Shown here: positions 58,812 to 64,000 of the stretch, piece after piece | Layout of the letters: every line of letters starts with the position of its first letter | Position numbering within the stretch: the first letter of the stretch is position 1 | DNA from: an uncultured Prevotella sp. | GTDB taxonomy: Bacteria > Bacteroidota > Bacteroidia > Bacteroidales > Bacteroidaceae | NCBI GenBank assembly: GCA_946542565.1 | Contig: CAMNKR010000001.1 | Location: 2,721-66,720 of the forward strand | Direction of reading: 5' to 3' | Length of the DNA stretch: 64,000 nucleotides | Made by a program: the position numbers and the translations under genes | The notes under the pieces: generated by a model | Told to the model about the DNA's origin: nothing | Seen by the model: only the letters and a program-made list of their open reading frames with translations | Databases searched by the model: none

Positions 58812-60209
58812 TTATTGTTGATTCATAAATTCTTCCAGTTCCTTGGTGTGGTAGGGTATGCGCTTCGTACCTAAGAAGCGGCAGCCCTCCTTGGTGATGA
58901 GCACGTCGTCCTCAATGCGGATGCCACCAAAGTCGCGGTAGGTGTCTATCTTGTCGTAACACAGGAATTGCTCGCAGTGGTGCCTGGCCTTCCAGTCGTC
59001 GATGAGGGCGGGAATGAAGTAGATGCCCGGCTCGTCGGTCACCACGAAGTTCTCCTGCAACTCGCGGCCCATGCGCAGCGCGTTGGTGCCAAACTGTTCC
59101 AGGTTGGGCGGAGTCTTGTAGTCAAAGCCTACGTGTATCTGGCCCAGGCCCTCCATGTCGTGTACGTCCATGCCCATCATGTGACCCAGTCCGTGAGGCA
59201 GGAACAGCGCGTGGGCCCCGGCGCCTACTGCTTCGTCTGTGTCACCGCGCATCAGGCCTAACTCCTTCAGCCGCTCTGCCATCAGGCGGCAGACGGCAAA
59301 GTGTACGTCTCTGTACCTGATGCCAGGCTTGGCCACCTGGAGCACGTAGTCGTGACATTCTTCCACAATGCTGTATATCTCTGACTGCTTCTGCGAGAAG
59401 CGACCGCTGACGGGCATCGTCCGGGTATGGTCAGAGCAGTAATCGTCCAGCTCGCATCCAGCATCACAAAGAGCCAGCCGGCCAGCCTCCAATGGGGCGT
59501 CGCTGGGTGAGCCGTGCATGATTTCTCCATGCTGGGTAAAGATGGTGGCAAAGCTCGTGCCCTGAGCCAGCGAGCGGGCTATGCCGTCAACCTGTCCGCC
59601 AATGTAGCGCTCGGTCACGCCCGGCCGAATGAGCCGTTGGGCCGTGGTGTGCATCTCGTAGCCTATGTCGCAGGCGCGGTCAATGGCTTCTATTTCCTGT
59701 GCTTCTTTAGCTGAACGCATCTTTACAACTGCCTGAATCAGAGGCAGTGATGCGCGCTCCTTCTGCTCGTCGGGGTGTATGCCGAGCAGTTCCGTCAGCT
59801 GTATCTTCGTGTCGTGCCGGTAGGGCGGAAGAAAGTGAGCCTTTCTCTTGGCTGCGACAATGTCGCTGCATACTGAACGGAGGGCAGACATCGGGGCTGT
59901 GCGTGTGATGCCCACCTCGGCAGCCAGGTCGCTGACGCTGGGCGTAAAGCCCATCCAGACGATGTCCTCCACCTCAATGTCGTCACCGAAGAGCCACTCC
60001 TCGTCTTTGTCAATGTCAATGACACCCACCAGTCCGTCTCGGTGCTGGCCGAAATAGTAGAGGAAGGCCGAGTCCTGACGCATGGGGGCGTAGCAGTTGG
60101 CAGGGTAGTTATAGGGGGCTTCGTTGTTTCCAAAAAGGATAACGATGCCTTCGCCAACGAGCTTTTTCAGCTCTTGGCGGCGTCGGATGTATGTGTCTTT
60201 ACTAAACAT
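58812..60209 (-). CDS. pepP: Xaa-Pro aminopeptidase (M24)
   Basis: DAG...SD.TRT, HGLGH.MG.DVHD, EPGIY, GGIRIEDD. Confidence 0.88.
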   Translation of the reverse strand: MFSKDTYIRRRQELKKLVGEGIVILFGNNEAPYNYPANCYAPMRQDSAFLYYFGQHRDGLVGVIDIDKDEEWLFGDDIEVEDIVWMGFTPSVSDLAAEVGITRTAPMSALRSVCSDIVAAKRKAHFLPPYRHDTKIQLTELLGIHPDEQKERASLPLIQAVVKMRSAKEAQEIEAIDRACDIGYEMHTTAQRLIRPGVTERYIGGQVDGIARSLAQGTSFATIFTQHGEIMHGSPSDAPLEAGRLALCDAGCELDDYCSDHTRTMPVSGRFSQKQSEIYSIVEECHDYVLQVAKPGIRYRDVHFAVCRLMAERLKELGLMRGDTDEAVGAGAHALFLPHGLGHMMGMDVHDMEGLGQIHVGFDYKTPPNLEQFGTNALRMGRELQENFVVTDEPGIYFIPALIDDWKARHHCEQFLCYDKIDTYRDFGGIRIEDDVLITKEGCRFLGTKRIPYHTKELEEFMNQQ

Positions 60210-60307
60210 AAGTCAAAAAACAGTCTTAGATAATTAAAAAATAATGCGCAAAGGTACGTATTATTTGTCAAAAAGATGTATCTTTGCAACATAATTTAGC
60301 AAATAAT

Positions 60308-61156
60308 ATGCGGATAGACAGGAAAACAGGCTTGGTGTTAGAGGGCGGGGGCATGCGTGGCGTGTTTACCAGCGGCGTGCTCGATGCGTTTATGAAGCAC
60401 GATTTGTACTTCCGCTACATCGTGGCCGTGTCGGCAGGTGCCTGCAATGGTCTGTCGTATATGAGCCGTCAGCCCCGCCGGGCCCGTATTTCCAACATCG
60501 ACATGCTGGCCAAGTACGACTACATCGGCCTGCGCCACTTGTTGCTGCAGGGCTGCATCTTCGACCCTGACTTGCTCTACAACCGCTTTCCCAACAAGCT
60601 GGTGCCCTTCGACTACGACATGTTCTTCCGGAATCCTGCCACCTACGAGATGGCCGTCACCAACTGCGAGACCGGCCTCGTGGAGTATCTGAGTGAACAC
60701 GACGGCAACCGTCAGCGACTCATTGACATCTGTCAGGCTTCGAGCAGCCTGCCTTACGTCAGCAAGGTGGTCGAGGTCGATGGGCAACCCTATTTGGACG
60801 GAGGCATCATTGACAGCATTCCCGTGGAGCACGCCATCAGCCAGGGCTACGAGCACAACGTCGTCATCATGACTCGCAACCGTGGCTACCGGCACACCAG
60901 CCGCGACGTGAAGATACCGCGTTACGTCTATCCCAACTATCCCCGTCTGCGCGTGGCCCTGAGCCACCGCGTGGCTGTCTATAACGCTCAGCTCGACCTG
61001 GTGGAGCGCATGGAGGACGAAGGGCGCATCGTGGTCATACGTCCCCTCAGGCCCATGGACGTGGGGCGCATGGAGCGCGACGTGAACAAGCTGGAGGCTC
61101 TATACGAGGAAGGTTTCCGGTTAGGAGAGAAATTCTGTGCGGAAAACCAAATTTAG
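60308..61156 (+). CDS. Patatin-family phospholipase
   Basis: LEGGGMRG, AVSAG, ASSSLP, DGG. Confidence 0.9.
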   Translation: MRIDRKTGLVLEGGGMRGVFTSGVLDAFMKHDLYFRYIVAVSAGACNGLSYMSRQPRRARISNIDMLAKYDYIGLRHLLLQGCIFDPDLLYNRFPNKLVPFDYDMFFRNPATYEMAVTNCETGLVEYLSEHDGNRQRLIDICQASSSLPYVSKVVEVDGQPYLDGGIIDSIPVEHAISQGYEHNVVIMTRNRGYRHTSRDVKIPRYVYPNYPRLRVALSHRVAVYNAQLDLVERMEDEGRIVVIRPLRPMDVGRMERDVNKLEALYEEGFRLGEKFCAENQI

Positions 61157-61246
61157 CCCCATTTATTACAAATAATTGACAGAAAGTTTGGAGAATTGCA
61201 AACAATTGTTTACTTTTGTCACCGAAACTAAATCATTGGTAAATAT

Positions 61247-61798
61247 ATGGCTTCGTATTATATCGTAGAAAACAACCAGCAGGCTGGGCCGTTCTCAGTA
61301 GAACAGCTGGCAGCGAGAGGTATCACTCCCGATACCAATGTGTGGACGGAAGGCATGTCGAATTGGGCACCTGCCAGCCAGGTCAGTGAGTTGCAGTCGC
61401 TTTTTGCTGCTCAGTCAAGCTACCAGCCTAACACCGGAGGAGGCTATGTGAGTAGCAATGCTTATTCCCAGCAGGATTATGAAGAGCCTTACGTTCCGCA
61501 GCCGAAGGACTACAAGACGCAGTCCATCGTGCTGATTATCGTGTCGGTGTTCTGCTGTGGTGCCTGTGGTGGTATCATCAATCTCGTTTTAGGCATCATG
61601 GCTCTCATGGAGTCTAACAAGGTGCAGCCCGCCTATATTTCTAAGAACTACGCCCTGGCTCAGGCTGCCAGCGACAAGGCTGGCAAATATACTAAGATAG
61701 GCTTTATCGTTGCGGGCATAGGCCTTGTGCTTGAGGTCATCTTCCTCGTCATCTATTACGGTGCCGTTATCATTGGTGCTATGAGTGGCGAATTCTAA
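61247..61798 (+). CDS. GYF_2-domain + CD225/dispanin-like membrane protein
   Basis: QQAGPFS.EQL...VWTEGMSNW.PA..V.EL; FCC...LGI.A...S.KV...A..AS..A. Confidence 0.8.
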   Translation: MASYYIVENNQQAGPFSVEQLAARGITPDTNVWTEGMSNWAPASQVSELQSLFAAQSSYQPNTGGGYVSSNAYSQQDYEEPYVPQPKDYKTQSIVLIIVSVFCCGACGGIINLVLGIMALMESNKVQPAYISKNYALAQAASDKAGKYTKIGFIVAGIGLVLEVIFLVIYYGAVIIGAMSGEF

Positions 61799-61822
61799 GC
61801 GCATGTCCTTTCCTGGCTTCTC

Positions 61823-62188
61823 ATGAAGTATTACGTTTGGGGAATCATTGCGGTCGTCGCCGTTTTAGCGGTCTATTACTTCTTCGACCCCTCTGTTGAC
61901 GGACTGTTTCCCCGATGCCGTTTCTTTGAGCTGACAGGCTATAAATGTCCAGGCTGTGGAACACAGAGAATGCTCCACAGCCTGCTGCATTTTGACCTGG
62001 TGTCGGCTTTCCGCTATAATGCCTACCTGCTGACGCTCTTCCCCCTCATGCTGCTCTTGCTGGCTTGGGATGGCTGGACGAGGTGGCTCCCCAAGAGGTG
62101 GGCCGGGGCTGCGTTCGTCACCTCGGCCGTTCTCTTTGTCGTACTCACGCTGCTTTGGTGGTTGTTGCGCAATGTTTTCGGGTGGTAG
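61823..62188 (+). CDS. DUF2752-like membrane protein
   Basis: C.F..LTG..CPGCG.QR...LLH...AF.YN, C-terminal LRN. Confidence 0.85.
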   Translation: MKYYVWGIIAVVAVLAVYYFFDPSVDGLFPRCRFFELTGYKCPGCGTQRMLHSLLHFDLVSAFRYNAYLLTLFPLMLLLLAWDGWTRWLPKRWAGAAFVTSAVLFVVLTLLWWLLRNVFGW

Positions 62189-62215
62189 TCAGCAGGTTAG
62201 GCGGTACATCTCCCG

Positions 62216-62388
62216 CCTTTTCATGCCCGCTGTCAAGGAGTTGGTTCCGATGGGGCTTTTCTATTCTCGAGAGAATTCAGGACTTTGGCGGCACCTTGCT
62301 GGAAGTTATGTGCCGCCAAGCTCTCAGATTCTCGAGAGAATCCGAAAGACCTGTTCCGGGTGTCTTCAGCACATGCCGGCAGAAAAGG
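62216..62388. repeat. Nested ~173-bp imperfect palindrome
   Basis: Three concentric inverted segments share one centre near 62302. Confidence 0.7.
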
Positions 62389-62447
62389 TCAGACATCCGG
62401 CACCTAAGGGGTAGTGAGCAGACGTATTCATCATCAAGACAAGCATT

Positions 62448-62840
62448 ATGAAATACAAACTGGTAAAAGAAACGAAGCCGAAGCTGAGCAGCTTCGGCAA
62501 ATACAAGGCCGTCAGCGTGCATGAACATACGGCCGAGACGCGGCAGATACTCATGGAGGCAGCCAAGCGCCTGGGCCTGACGTGGGGCGACGTGGTGCCT
62601 TTTGCCATGGCCTTGAGTACGGTCATTGGTGACCACTTGCGGCAGGGGCACAGAGTCAGGCTGAAAGACTGGGGACTGATGAAACTGGAGATAGAGAGCG
62701 ACAAGGTGGACAAGCCTGGCGACTTCGTCGCCGAGAAGCACATTCGCGGCGTGAGGCTCCACTTCCTGCCAGAGAGCAGTGGCGGCAGTCCTGACCTGTA
62801 TAAGAATCTGGATTTCGAGAGAGACAAGACCTCTCCCTGA
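62448..62840 (+). CDS. HU-like (Bacteroidota histone-like) DNA-binding protein
   Basis: HLRQGHRVRLKDWGLMK, IRGVRLHFLPE. Confidence 0.75.
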   Translation: MKYKLVKETKPKLSSFGKYKAVSVHEHTAETRQILMEAAKRLGLTWGDVVPFAMALSTVIGDHLRQGHRVRLKDWGLMKLEIESDKVDKPGDFVAEKHIRGVRLHFLPESSGGSPDLYKNLDFERDKTSP

Positions 62841-62862
62841 GTCTTGGGCTGAAAGACACCGT

Positions 62863-63540
62863 TCAGTCCTTCAGCAAGTCAGGGCGCAGGCGGCGCGTAC
62901 GCTCCATGGCCTGGTCCAGCTCCCATGCGCGTATTTTGGCCTCGTTGCCTGAGAGCAGTATCTCGGGCACCTTCCAGCCCTTGTAGTCAGCGGGGCGGGT
63001 GTAGATGGGGGCGGCCAGCAGGTCGTCCTGAAAGCAGTCGGAGAGAGCACTCTGTTCGTCACCGATGACGCCCGGCACCACGCGGACAATGGCATCGGCT
63101 ATCATGGCAGCCACCAGTTCGCCACCCGTCAGCACGAAGTCGCCAATGCTGATTTCGCGGGTAATGAGGTGGTCGCGCACGCGCTGGTCAATGCCTTTGT
63201 AATGCCCGGCCAGGATGATGAGGTTCCCCTTCAGCGAGAGTTCGTTGGCCATGTGCTGGTCGAAGCGCTCGCCGTCGGGCGAGGTGAAGATGACTTCGTC
63301 GTACGTGCGCTCGGCCTTCAGGGCGCTGATGCAGCGGTCAATGGGTTCGCACTGCATCACCATGCCGGCACTTCCGCCGTAGGGGTAGTCATCTACGCGG
63401 CGCCACTTGTCGAGCGTGTAGTCGCGCAGGTTGTGCAGACGTATTTCCGCCAGCCCCTTCTTTTCAGCGCGTGCCAGTATTGACTCGTGGACGAAGCCCT
63501 CGAGCATTTCAGGAAGAACGGTGATAATGTCTATTCTCAT
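62863..63540 (-). CDS. trmD: tRNA (guanosine-37-N1)-methyltransferase
   Basis: [36 protein letters not shown]. Confidence 0.96.
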   Translation of the reverse strand: MRIDIITVLPEMLEGFVHESILARAEKKGLAEIRLHNLRDYTLDKWRRVDDYPYGGSAGMVMQCEPIDRCISALKAERTYDEVIFTSPDGERFDQHMANELSLKGNLIILAGHYKGIDQRVRDHLITREISIGDFVLTGGELVAAMIADAIVRVVPGVIGDEQSALSDCFQDDLLAAPIYTRPADYKGWKVPEILLSGNEAKIRAWELDQAMERTRRLRPDLLKD

Positions 63541-63541
63541 G

Positions 63542-63985
63542 TCACTCCTTTATAAGGTTTTCAAAGAATGAGTCGAGGTCCTTGTCCAGGTCGGGCAGCA
63601 GCTCGCCACCCATGATGACCGTGTCGCCGTCGGCCATGTAGAGCTCGGCAATGTGCTCGCGGTCGTCGTCCTCCAGAACGAAAGAGAACGGCCTGAGGAT
63701 GGACATCTTCTCCACCGTGTCGTGCATGCTGGTGTGTAGCACGTTGCGCAGCAGGGTGGTAACGTCCTTATAGAAGTTCTCGTCCTTGTTGTCAATCCAC
63801 GGTTCGATGACCACTCGGGTAATCTCGTTGTCGTCATCGTCGAAAGCCACCAGTTCGCCCGACTCCTGCGTGACGCGCAGATGGATGTCGGTCATGACAG
63901 TTGCTTCCTGGTTTGCAGGGAACTTTGCGGCCACCTTTCTGATGGCTCTTTCAATTTGCTGAATGGCTTGTTCTGTTGTCTCCAT
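63542..63985 (-). CDS. Conserved hypothetical acidic protein upstream of trmD
   Basis: 147-aa ORF ending 1 nt before the trmD start. TDIHLRV.QESGEL, PFSFVL motifs. Confidence 0.8.
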   Translation of the reverse strand: METTEQAIQQIERAIRKVAAKFPANQEATVMTDIHLRVTQESGELVAFDDDDNEITRVVIEPWIDNKDENFYKDVTTLLRNVLHTSMHDTVEKMSILRPFSFVLEDDDREHIAELYMADGDTVIMGGELLPDLDKDLDSFFENLIKE

Positions 63986-64000
63986 TTTGTCGTTTAACTT

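Overview
Core-chromosome segment of a Bacteroidota bacterium, most likely Prevotellaceae. This is inferred from many TAnnTTTG -7 promoter motifs, TonB/OM-barrel genes, type III glutamine synthetase and the rlmN-pdxA-lptE-secG cluster. About 55 protein genes are present, mostly housekeeping: pyrK/pyrD, aguA/aguB, glnA, aroC, slyD, ilvDBN/ilvC, purF-like, recQ/recJ, trmD, peptidases, a GH2 and OmpA. I saw no tRNA, rRNA, CRISPR array, integrase or transposase. The unusual content is mostly non-coding or small. (1) Heptamer repeats occur as pure arrays, as inverted-arm elements with shared inner ends (one supplies the recJ stop and the only in-frame ATG starts of recQ), and in frame inside several proteins. 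(2) A dispersed repeat carries a promoter motif. (3) A translationally coupled three-gene DUF3791/DUF3990-like module has an ADP-ribosyltransferase-like motif. (4) There is a well-delimited ~100-nt sRNA candidate. (5) There are MITE-like inverted-repeat structures and 22-bp periodic arrays. (6) An 830-bp AT-rich oriC-like region precedes an HTH gene. (7) Internally deleted gene remnants include a nim-like relic not shown in the ORF track. All family assignments are from recognising motifs by eye; no searches were run.
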